From positions 7,984-71,983 of IMG/VR virus record IMGVR_UViG_3300043427_004450: a DNA stretch of 64,000 nt, one strand, 5' to 3'. Below the pieces are notes generated by a model, which was given only the letters and a program-made list of their open reading frames with translations, made no database searches and was not told the origin of the DNA. Both the position numbers and the translations under genes were made by a program. The stretch is from a virus. This document shows positions 53,464 to 61,838 of this stretch, piece by piece. The stretch's first letter is position 1. Every line of letters starts with the position of its first letter.

Positions 53464-54060
53464 CACTTCTTTTTTATACCTCAACCTTCATCGTTCCACT
53501 CTCAACTTCTACTTCAATTTCCCAGCCTCTCAAATAAGGCTGGGCTTTCTTCAACTCCCCATATGAAACTTCAAGAGTTGCAGTTAGTGTACAATATCCT
53601 CTCTTGTGATCATAACGCTTAACGCTGCTTTCGATATACTCTTGATCAAAAAAATTATTAGAGATACCATCGTGAATGTCGCCCCAACTAATATTAAGAG
53701 TTGGCTCTACGCCTTCTTCTTCAGACTCTTCTCTAAAATCATCAAGAGTAATAACATAAGAATCATCGAGTTCATCGAGGGCAGGGATAACGCCCTCGCT
53801 AACCTTCTGTAGAGCCTCTAGAAGCTCTGAGAATCGCTGGACGGTATCTGTACCCTCTACCGCGTCACCCACGCCTCCATCGTCTTTATAGTGCAATACC
53901 TCGCATCCATCGGAGTAAGTTAAGGTGAGAGTGGTATCGTCGGATAGATTTAGGGATTCTAGTTTGGTGAGGTATTCTTGCATTTCGGATTCTCCTGCCA
54001 AAATTGTACCTTGCTGTTTACTTTGACACTAAGTAATTTGTAATTTTGATTATTATGGCG

Positions 54061-54081
54061 GATAACAAAAAAGCCTCCAAG
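54061..54081. repeat. 21-bp direct repeat (second copy at 55475..55495)
   Basis: GATAACAAAAAAGCCTCCAAG is exact at both sites. Confidence 0.9.
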
Positions 54082-54173
54082 GGCTACTTTTCCTGTCCTT
54101 AGGATATAGGTGTGGTAGTAGAGGATCAAGAGGCTGAGAAAGAAACTTTGGATGATATCAACAAACCTGTCTT

Positions 54174-54224
54174 TCTATTATTAAAGCATCTATTACTAAA
54201 GAATCTATTATTAAAGCATCTATT
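54174..54224 (+). repeat. 15-bp tandem repeat x3.4 containing the late-type motif
   Basis: tctattattaaagca / tctattactaaagaa / tctattattaaagca / tctatt. Confidence 0.85.
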
Positions 54225-54236
54225 TGGAGTTTTATT

Positions 54237-54935
54237 ATGAATAAATTAAATAAATTAGCAAAATTATTGTTAGAATATCCAGAAGAGCACAGCATGTTAA
54301 AGGATCTTTCTAGAAAATATGCTGGAGTAATACCATATAGTGATGAGTCTGGTGCTAAAGGTCTTAGTACAACTCAGCAGTTGGGGTATGCGTTTCAACG
54401 TGGCATCATTGATAATACACAGTCTGGAGCAAAGGCAGTTGCAACCGGACAGGCTAATGTAACCCCCACTGCAAAACAAGTATTTACTAATGCCTTTAAT
54501 TCAAAAATATTTGATTGGACTCTTACTTCATTAGCGGCAATGGCAGATGCTATTCCTGTGGTTGGTATTCCAATATCAATCGGAATTGCACAAGGACAAG
54601 TAGTAAAGTCTGCCGCAAAAGCAGATTGGCTTAGCGTTGCCTTCTCTATACTTTCCATGTATCCCTACATAGGAGACGCTCTCTCAGTCATAGGTAGAGC
54701 AATAAAAAATGGTGTGCCTGTTTCTACTGAAGTAGCAAAAAATCTTGTAAAAGCTTTTGCTAAAATCACAAATAGCGAGTCTAGAAAGGCGATAGCTAGA
54801 TTTGTTGGAGACCTATTTGGTAATAAGGGTCCAGCATACGTAACTCAAGTGGTGGACAACTCAATGACTGCCCTAAATAATTTCACCGCACAACTTAATC
54901 AGTATGCTTTAGGTCAGGCTTCGCGACCAGCATAA
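54237..54935 (+). CDS. Leader-bearing protein with pre-toxin-TG-like hydrophobic hairpin
   Basis: MNKLNKLAKLL...RKYAG; DAIPVVG...LSMYPYIGD. Confidence 0.55.
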   Translation: MNKLNKLAKLLLEYPEEHSMLKDLSRKYAGVIPYSDESGAKGLSTTQQLGYAFQRGIIDNTQSGAKAVATGQANVTPTAKQVFTNAFNSKIFDWTLTSLAAMADAIPVVGIPISIGIAQGQVVKSAAKADWLSVAFSILSMYPYIGDALSVIGRAIKNGVPVSTEVAKNLVKAFAKITNSESRKAIARFVGDLFGNKGPAYVTQVVDNSMTALNNFTAQLNQYALGQASRPA

Positions 54936-54951
54936 GCAATGATTAAGATTT

Positions 54952-55452
54952 TTAAAGTGATATGTCTCTAGGACGAACCCAAATTTCATTTTGAATTCTG
55001 TTTCTCTTACCACTATCACTAAAGTTAAACCCTCTATAGAGCTTACGTAATTTTTCTGGAGCATCTGACTCAATATTAAAGGCAGGATCTATTGCCAAAC
55101 TAGAGGTATAACCATTAGAGTCAATAATTTTAATAACCTCTTTAAGTAACTTCTTTCCAAATCCACTACCTTGACTATCTGGCTGAACACCAAGAGAGCG
55201 AATGTGTAAGTTGTCGTCTTCAATTTGATAAAGAACATAGCCTATTAGGCTGTCTCCATCCAACAGAACGAATCCTTCTGATCCATCAAAAATGCTGGAA
55301 TCTCTATCGCCAAAAACCTCTTCATCTAAATCCAAAATTTGATCATTATATTTTGGATGATAGTTAACTAACGATGGTCCTTCTGCTTTGTCTAAATCAA
55401 TATTTAGAGAAGCTAGGGCCGCTTTAAGGGTGTTTAGTTTTCTTTTAATCAT
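54952..55452 (-). CDS. GNAT acetyltransferase with leader-like N-terminus
   Basis: Acetyl-CoA motif LGVQPDSQGSGFGKKLL; LY..FNF. Start at MIKRKLNTL. Confidence 0.85.
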   Translation of the reverse strand: MIKRKLNTLKAALASLNIDLDKAEGPSLVNYHPKYNDQILDLDEEVFGDRDSSIFDGSEGFVLLDGDSLIGYVLYQIEDDNLHIRSLGVQPDSQGSGFGKKLLKEVIKIIDSNGYTSSLAIDPAFNIESDAPEKLRKLYRGFNFSDSGKRNRIQNEIWVRPRDISL

Positions 55453-55480
55453 AAAAGAATCAGAATAAATAATAGATAAC

Positions 55481-55514
55481 AAAAAAGCCTCCAAGATTTT
55501 ACTCTTGGAGGCTT
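55481..55514 (-). terminator. Intrinsic terminator ending the tRNA cluster
   Basis: AAGCCTCCAAG/CTTGGAGGCTT stem with a T run. Confidence 0.85.
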
Positions 55515-55517
55515 AAA

Positions 55518-55605
55518 TGGTGGGAATGGGTTGAATCGAACAACCGACGACCTAAGGTAACGGATTTACAGTCCGGTGCAATCTACCAACAATTGCAACA
55601 TTCCC
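55518..55605 (-). tRNA. tRNA-Tyr(GTA)
   Basis: CCGGA-CT GTA AA-TCCGT; variable arm; ACCA. Confidence 0.85.
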
Positions 55606-55611
55606 TAAAAG

Positions 55612-55709
55612 ATGGATAGGTTCCGAATTGAACGGACACCACAGGTATGCATCCCTATTGTGGCAGTAGCATTATACTCTCATGAAGCATAGTCTCTACT
55701 CCTATCCAT
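55612..55709 (-). ncRNA. tRNA-like RNA of non-canonical fold
   Basis: 9-bp terminal stem ATGGATAGG/CCTATCCAT; T-arm TCCG-TTCAATT-CGGA; two long hairpins in place of the D and anticodon arms. Confidence 0.6.
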
Positions 55710-55712
55710 AAG

Positions 55713-55789
55713 TGGTGCCCCACCGCGAATTCGAATCGCGACTGTACCCATTTTGAGCGGGTTTCCTCTACCGGTTGGGATAGTGGGGC
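55713..55789 (-). tRNA. tRNA-Leu(CAA), short variable loop
   Basis: ACCCG-CT CAA AA-TGGGT; ACCA; 77 nt. Confidence 0.88.
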
Positions 55790-55802
55790 TTATACCTCTA
55801 TC

Positions 55803-56519
55803 TTAAGTGCTATCTTTTAGATTTTCAAGATGCTTTTTTATTACTTCTTGAACTACATCTAAATAGATAACTGAACTCTTTTCAGTAAATCTTGATTGCT
55901 TTGAAGTATCTATACTACATAAAGATATACCTTTTTCTAGACAAGCTTGAAATTTTCTCTGATCATTATTTTGAGTTTTCTTTAATCTTTCTTCACCATA
56001 AATTGGCTCATAATGATATATTCCATTTAGCTCAAATGCTAACTTTATCTCTGGAATATAAATATCAAGCTCTGCATTTATAGCATCTGTTTTATTAAAG
56101 TCAAATTTAAAGTTTGGATAAATTTCTTCTAATTTTTTTGAAAGCCAAACTTCAAGCTTTGAAACTCTTGTTCCATGTTTCTTGTGAGAGTTTGTGTATT
56201 TTGCAGAACATGATCTACTACAGAAATTAAACCCTGTCTTACTCTTGTTTGCCTCTCTTTTATCTTTTGAGATTGGTATACCGCAAAATCCACATGAGCT
56301 TTTTATTTCAGTTGTCATTCCAAGAAATTGACATTTCTTGCTGCAATACTTATTAGCATTTGAATGTTTCTTTTTGGTATCTTTTTTGTTACTAGCTATA
56401 GTAGCCTGAATTTGGCTCTTTACTTTAAAGAAATCTTTATTACAAGTCTCACAAGACAAACGCAATAAGTCTCTTGACTTAGCTTTTTTAAATTCTTCTT
56501 CTGTATAAAGTGGTGTCAT
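55803..56519 (-). CDS. Zn-finger + Vsr/DUF559-like endonuclease between tRNA genes
   Basis: CxxC, YCSKKC and FCSRSC fingers; SKLE...ELDIYIP..KLAFELNGIYHY. Confidence 0.8.
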   Translation of the reverse strand: MTPLYTEEEFKKAKSRDLLRLSCETCNKDFFKVKSQIQATIASNKKDTKKKHSNANKYCSKKCQFLGMTTEIKSSCGFCGIPISKDKREANKSKTGFNFCSRSCSAKYTNSHKKHGTRVSKLEVWLSKKLEEIYPNFKFDFNKTDAINAELDIYIPEIKLAFELNGIYHYEPIYGEERLKKTQNNDQRKFQACLEKGISLCSIDTSKQSRFTEKSSVIYLDVVQEVIKKHLENLKDST

Positions 56520-56592
56520 TAAAGAGTCTTCTACCTATATTAAATAAGTAGTAGAAACCGTTAATGACACCACAATATATTTATTTAAAACG

Positions 56593-56676
56593 TAGCTTCT
56601 GAGGGGGATGATCCCTCAATCCCTTACGGGCGACAGATTTTAAGTCTGTTGCGTATGCCAATTCCGCCAAGAAGCC
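56593..56676 (-). tRNA. tRNA-Leu(TAA)
   Basis: ACAGA-CT TAA AA-TCTGT; long variable arm; atypical T-loop ATCATCC. Confidence 0.85.
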
Positions 56677-56805
56677 AAGATCTCTGTCTTTCCAGAGTGC
56701 CAAATCGCTTTTGCTCTTACGATTATTGAGTATCGTCGGGGCTTCCGACTATGCCTCACGTTTTAATTATACCAAGTTGATTATTTTCTATCTAATTATT
56801 TTTAG

Positions 56806-56888
56806 TGGCTGGACGGGTCGGATTTGAACCGACGTTGCACAAGGCACAGATTAACAGTCTGCTGACTAAGCCACTAGTCTACCGTCCA
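56806..56888 (-). tRNA. tRNA-Asn(GTT), long variable region
   Basis: GCAGA-CT GTT AA-TCTGT; GCCA; 83 nt. Confidence 0.85.
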
Positions 56889-56894
56889 ATAAAA

Positions 56895-56970
56895 TGGTGG
56901 GGCGGGTGGAGTACGATTCCACAACCTAAAGATTAAAAGTCTTTTGCACTGCCGATTGTGCTACCGCCCC
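56895..56970 (-). tRNA. tRNA-Lys(TTT)
   Basis: AAAGA-CT TTT AA-TCTTT; T-loop ATCGTAC; ACCA. Confidence 0.88.
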
Positions 56971-57280
56971 ATTTCTTATCTTACGCTGCCAATTCCCAAG
57001 TGAAGGGATTTGACTTACAATACTCAAGCAAATGAGCATTGAGAAAATCTAGCATATCGTTTTCTGCCCAATTCATATTTTCATACTTAGACTTGAAAGA
57101 AGTTGCCATATTAAAAATATAGTTGTTTACTATTTGGAAATCGGGATAGAAAAGCTCATCACTCTTCCAAGGATAGTGGTAATCAAGCAAACGAGAAAGA
57201 GCGAGAATAATCTCTGCATCATTGTAATTCATATTATTCATCTGAATTTTCCTTGTTTGTTTTGATTGCAGATTACAAAG

Positions 57281-57355
57281 TGGTAGTCGCACGGAGAGTT
57301 GAACTCCGGTTGCAAGAATGAAAATCTTGAGTCTTAACCCCTAGACGATGCGACC
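57281..57355 (-). tRNA. tRNA-Glu(TTC)
   Basis: CAAGA-TT TTC AT-TCTTG; ACCA. Confidence 0.9.
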
Positions 57356-57423
57356 ATATATTTCTCTGTCTTTCCAGAGTGTCAACCCTTCGGGTTGTTT
57401 CCTTCTATCTTACTCGCCCCTAT

Positions 57424-57451
57424 ATTATACGCACCGTGGCGAAAAAATCAA
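57424..57451 (-). promoter_or_regulatory. Sigma70-type promoter TTGATT-N16-TATAAT upstream of tRNA-Glu
   Basis: Direct reading; followed by AGGGGCG. Confidence 0.75.
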
Positions 57452-57737
57452 GAGGCGGAGTAATTTTTTTTACTGCTCTACTCTTCTAAAGCAGGAATGT
57501 AATTAATCTTGTCCTTATTGTCCTCTGCAACCTTATTCAGATCTCGGACAAAGGCTTCAATCTCTTCATCGGAAACTGAGTCATCACTAGCATCCAGCTT
57601 TTGATCATCTAGGAAAAGCTTGTTACTCATTTTATCCTCCAAAAGTTTCCAAGTGGGTTTTGTTGATCCTGGCTTTGTCCCACATTCAACGGCACCAATT
57701 ACCGTCACATCTTTTGCTTTTTGCTCTCTTATTAAAA

Positions 57738-57814
57738 TGGCGTACCCAAAAGGACTTGAACCTTTAACCTACAGGGTAGAAACCTGTTGCTCTATCCGGT
57801 TGAGCTATGGGTAC
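57738..57814 (-). tRNA. tRNA-Arg(TCT) copy 1
   Basis: ACAGG-TT TCT AC-CCTGT; GCCA. Confidence 0.9.
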
Positions 57815-58151
57815 ATATTCTCTGTCTTTCCAGAGTGTCTTTTTAGAATTGGATTGCAGTAACCACGTTCCAATCACCATACTCTTCAAGATAATAATAC
57901 CAACCAAAGCCACCATCATTATCAGATGGTTCGTGATAAGGAGTGCAATCACCAACCCAAAAAGAGTGGGTTCTTCCGTTATTATTTTTAATTGTGATTT
58001 TCATGCCGGGATTAATCTTATCTTCGCGAATAAAATCGGAGAACTTCATTTTTGCCTCTTGAAAGTGCTCTGTCTTTCCAGAGTGTCAAATCGGAATTGA
58101 ATTAGGGGATGCCGCCACTCTAATCAAAACAATCCTTACGATTATTGGAAT

Positions 58152-58227
58152 TGGTACACCCTCCCCGATTTGAACGGGGGACCGATTGGATATAAGCCAA
58201 TTGCTCTAACCACTGAGCTAAGGGTGC
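58152..58227 (-). tRNA. tRNA-Ile(TAT) copy 1
   Basis: ATTGG-CT TAT AT-CCAAT; ACCA. Confidence 0.9.
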
Positions 58228-58295
58228 ATAATCACCAGCGGTTTCTTTATCGAGCTTTTAATGGCATCAATCAGTCTAGCTATATCGTTTTAAAA

Positions 58296-58371
58296 TGGTA
58301 GGCGGGGTGAGAATTGAACTCACGACCGGTCGGATATAAGCCGACTGCTCTGACCCCTGAGCTACCCGCCT
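58296..58371 (-). tRNA. tRNA-Ile(TAT) copy 2
   Basis: GTCGG-CT TAT AT-CCGAC; ACCA. Confidence 0.9.
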
Positions 58372-58431
58372 ATAAGGGTTAGTGGTCATATCTGAGCAGA
58401 TTTAATGGCGTCCAAACTGGCCTAGCTAAAG

Positions 58432-58508
<77 letters not shown>

Positions 58509-58576
58509 TTAGTCGCTGTCTCTCCAGCGTGTCTCTTTCGTCGCTCTAACCTGCTGGCCTTTCGGCCCGCCCCTCT

Positions 58577-58919
58577 ATTCTACTCACCTTCCGGCGAATC
58601 GTCAAGGGTTTTTTAGAGCGTCCGCTAATCTTTTTTAGCGGCTCTTTTTACCATTCGTATTCGGTTTTTAAAGATCGTCGGGAGATTTCCCTCTCGCCCC
58701 TTCAACCTAACCGCTGCGCGGAGGGTTGTCAAGGTGGGAAGGCTTATTTTTTTCGCCTTCCCCTTTTTCGTCGGGGCTTTCCACCCCGCCCCTATATTCT
58801 ATCCACCTTCCGGCGGTTCGTCAAGGGGAGCGCGTTTTTTATTTTCGCGCCGTTTTTCATTCGCCACGGGGATTTCCCCGTCGCCCCTATACCTTATCCG
58901 GTGTGGCGCGGAGCGGCAA
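58577..58919 (-). promoter_or_regulatory. Array of four tandem sigma70-type promoters upstream of the tRNA cluster
   Basis: TTGACG-N17-TAGAAT (58577-58605), TTGACA-N17-TAGGTT (58704-58732), TTGACG-N17-TAGAAT (58796-58824) and TTGCCG-N17-TAAGGT (58891-58919). Each has upstream A-tracts and downstream AGGGGCG. Confidence 0.75.
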
Positions 58920-58986
58920 GGGATTTTTTAGACCGGATGATTCAATTTTTTCTTCCTGTCTATTGACCGAAGGCATTAAAATAACT

Positions 58987-59120
58987 CGTTAATTGAGGAG
59001 GCCCATCTGAGCTATCGGCGTAGCTGCGGCATCGGAGTACCGGATGAGTATTAGACATATCGTTTTAATGACGTTGACAGATTCACTGTCATAGCCGATT
59101 GAGTAACTCTACCTTTAACG
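58987..59120 (-). ncRNA. Candidate ~134-nt structured RNA
   Basis: Ends CGTTAA/TTAACG; hairpins TGACAG/CTGTCA, AGCTA/TAGCT and CTCATC/GATGGG; promoter-like TATATT at 59185. Confidence 0.45.
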
Positions 59121-59249
59121 AATTATTTTGATACCTTCGCTCTTTGCGGGGGTTTGGGGGTTGGCCCTCTCGCCTCGCCCCTATAATATACGCACCGGAT
59201 CAGATTTAGGAAGTTCTTTTTTAGATGGCTGGTAAAATTTATTGATGGG

Positions 59250-59594
59250 CTAATTATTTAACCACTCTGGATGAAAAAGTAACCAAGTTAAATCTTCTGG
59301 ATATCTTTCGGAAAGCTTTGAGATAAAAGTCTCTTTGCTTACAAACTTTCCGTCAAACTTTAGGTCGTAATCAGATTGTTCGTACCTTTCAATTATCCAT
59401 TCTGTTACCGTCTGATCCATTTTTTGAAAGCCATCTTCAATCTCTGGTATACTGACTCTTGCAGCATAAAATAAGGTGGACTCATTATGCTTAGAGTAAA
59501 TAAGGTAATCTCCGTAATTTTGATCCCTAAAGGTATCCCAGCCAATATCTGAAACGTCTATTCCTTTTATCATGGCAAATTCCATAGCATCCAT
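59250..59594 (-). CDS. Hypothetical protein, C-terminal PEDLxWLLFH family
   Basis: Ends YPEDLTWLLFHPEWLNN. Confidence 0.6.
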   Translation of the reverse strand: MDAMEFAMIKGIDVSDIGWDTFRDQNYGDYLIYSKHNESTLFYAARVSIPEIEDGFQKMDQTVTEWIIERYEQSDYDLKFDGKFVSKETFISKLSERYPEDLTWLLFHPEWLNN

Positions 59595-59917
59595 TCAAAA
59601 AAATCTGGATGAAATTCTTTTGCGCGGTCAATCATAATCTCTTTTCCAGAAGACATTTCTTCATCCCAAAATGTATAATAATTTATAAACTCAGGATAAA
59701 TTATTATTTTATAATAAATTTTACCATTAATATCAGAATAATAATCAAACTTAAGTACGCTACCGGCTGCGACTTCTCTTATAGATATTACAATCTGTCC
59801 ATCTCTAAGATATATTGTGTTATTATTTTTTTGATATGTTTCAAAAATTTCTTTTATATTTAAATAAGATTTTTTATTCATAATATATCTTCTACTATTA
59901 AAATAGTTTAATTTCAA
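59570..59917 (-). CDS. Hypothetical protein, C-terminal PDFFEWMLWN family
   Basis: Ends HPDFFEWMLWNLP; real start may be the internal MNKK. Confidence 0.6.
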   Translation of the reverse strand: MKLNYFNSRRYIMNKKSYLNIKEIFETYQKNNNTIYLRDGQIVISIREVAAGSVLKFDYYSDINGKIYYKIIIYPEFINYYTFWDEEMSSGKEIMIDRAKEFHPDFFEWMLWNLP

Positions 59918-60898
59918 ATGAAAGCTGAAAGATTAAAAAACTTATCTGTAGTATTAGGAAGCATTGGTCTTAATTACCATTCTTTGATGGTAAAAGAACT
60001 TTTAAAATTCTCTGCAGATCAGATTGCAACAAACAGGGCAATCAGCAAAGATATACCAGAAGAACATTTCACCAATCAGGATGTTGATCCTGAAAGGTAT
60101 AAGGAAAAAATTAAAAATTTATTCAAAAGAGACATTCAGGCCGTCCATTTTGACAGATATAAAAAATTATATATGAAAGAAGGACTGCCAGAACAAGAGG
60201 CAATTGAAAAAGCTAATAATAAGATTGATGAGCTTTCTGCTCGTAGCGCAGAAAAGTCAGTATCAACCCATTCTAGCGCAACAGCACTTTTGGAAGAATC
60301 TGGATCTCAGCCAGGAGATTTAATAGTATCTCCCGGCTCTGGAGTTGGGCATGAACAGGTTATTGCTCCAGGATACAAGTGGAGAGGTCTTGAATATCAA
60401 AAAAATCTAGTAGACATGGCAAATCAAAGAAATATGCAGATGGGACTACTAGATAGTAACTCAAGAGAGTGGTCACTATTCAAAGGAGATCCGGATCAGG
60501 AGCTTGGCAGCGAATGGAATGAAAAGCTGAACTCAATAATTAATGAAGAAGGAATTCCAAAGGTTGTATATGCAAAACATGCCTGTGGAGGACTTACTGA
60601 CGGCGTTATGTTTGAAGCGGCAAATAAAGGAATCAAAAAGATGTTGTTTGCAACCTGTTGTGCTAACCGCTACACAGAGTTATCATGGAGAGTTCTTGAG
60701 CCAAAAGATCAAGCTGGAAAACCATTGACGTTTGAAGAATATAAAAAGATTGCCAACTCTTCAAAAAAAGATGGCGAAGAAGGAAAGATGGCTGTTAGCC
60801 TAATAGACGGCTGGAGAGAAGACTTCCTTAAGAGTAGAGGATATGAAGTAGAAAGGGGCAATAAGAGCTTTGGCCCTTACATACTAGCAAAGAAATAA
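59918..60898 (+). CDS. Leader-bearing SAM-dependent methyltransferase (Trm13/Methyltransf_32-like)
   Basis: Motif I SPGSGVG; GLEY; AKHACGGLTD; FATCC. Confidence 0.7.
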   Translation: MKAERLKNLSVVLGSIGLNYHSLMVKELLKFSADQIATNRAISKDIPEEHFTNQDVDPERYKEKIKNLFKRDIQAVHFDRYKKLYMKEGLPEQEAIEKANNKIDELSARSAEKSVSTHSSATALLEESGSQPGDLIVSPGSGVGHEQVIAPGYKWRGLEYQKNLVDMANQRNMQMGLLDSNSREWSLFKGDPDQELGSEWNEKLNSIINEEGIPKVVYAKHACGGLTDGVMFEAANKGIKKMLFATCCANRYTELSWRVLEPKDQAGKPLTFEEYKKIANSSKKDGEEGKMAVSLIDGWREDFLKSRGYEVERGNKSFGPYILAKK

Positions 60899-61276
60899 AA
60901 GAGAAGATCCCTTTCTTGCATTACAAGGCCAGCACATTGTTTGGTAGTTATCTATCGTATCCTTTCCGCCTTTTGATTTTGGGATAATATGATCTTTTGT
61001 AAAAAAAGCTCCATCATCAGAATAAAGGTTTATTGTATAGCCGCTAAAAGATTTTGATGTTATTTTTTCAATTGCAAAAATTGAGCCAACCTTTCCACAG
61101 GATTTGCAATCAAAACCAGATTTTATAAAACAATTATAACGATCTTCTGGATTTCTAAGGCGGTATTCTTCAAATAACCTTTCTTTTCTTGTTGCAAAAG
61201 AAATAAAATCATCTTTTTTTATTTCTTTTTCCCTATTAATTATTACTACTGATCCAAATCTTTTTATTTTTTCCAT
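60884..61276 (-). CDS. HNH endonuclease
   Basis: CKSCG; TKDHIIPKSKGG...NYQTMCWPCNARKG. Confidence 0.88.
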   Translation of the reverse strand: MEKIKRFGSVVIINREKEIKKDDFISFATRKERLFEEYRLRNPEDRYNCFIKSGFDCKSCGKVGSIFAIEKITSKSFSGYTINLYSDDGAFFTKDHIIPKSKGGKDTIDNYQTMCWPCNARKGSSLLFLC

Positions 61277-61776
61277 AGAGAAGTTCCATCGCGATGAATT
61301 GTGTCCGGTCCCGAGATATGAACAGATGCTCTTTTAAAAGAGACCCATCTCTCTCCTGACCAAATATCAATAAATATATAATGTTTTTCTTTTATTTCTG
61401 CCAAAAGCCATTCTGACTTTGGAAGGTGATAAAATGTCATTATGTCGCCAAGCCTATATTCCATATTAAGTTAACCCTTTTATAGTAATTTATCTAATAA
61501 TATAGGATTTACAGTATTACTTTTTACCACCATTTATTTCTTCTGCAATAATTGAAATAAGTGTTGTTATAAATATATCAAATGTATATGCTGACCAAAT
61601 AATTGGAACGGAAAGAATGACAATTTTTGTAGTTGATAGTCCAACCAATCCCCACCAAATAAGCCACGAAAATGATGCAATTGTAATGGCCGTAGAGGCT
61701 GCAATAAAAAATCCCTTCATTTTGGATTTATCTCCAGATAAGATGTGGTTACAACGCAAAAATACCGTACCTACAT

Positions 61777-61804
61777 AATATAGGCACGGTTTGCAGGAAG
61801 TCAA
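61777..61804 (-). promoter_or_regulatory. Sigma70-type promoter TTGACT-N16-TATATT with overlapping hairpin
   Basis: accgtaccta / taggcacggt flank the -10 box. Confidence 0.75.
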
Positions 61805-61838
61805 TTTGGAATGTTTAAAAAATTACTATTCAAAATTT

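Noticed and set aside
55612-55709. tRNA-Sec (a UCA triplet lies in one loop)
   Set aside because: No D-arm, the loop is not a 7-nt anticodon loop, there is no GCCA end, and no sel genes are seen.
57620-58100. ORFs 57620..57862, 57764..57955 and 57807..58100
   Set aside because: They overlap tRNA-Arg or the hairpin motif and are probably spurious.
58726-58992. Plus-strand ORFs 58726..58992 and 58734..58931
   Set aside because: They overlie the minus-strand promoter array and have atypical composition.
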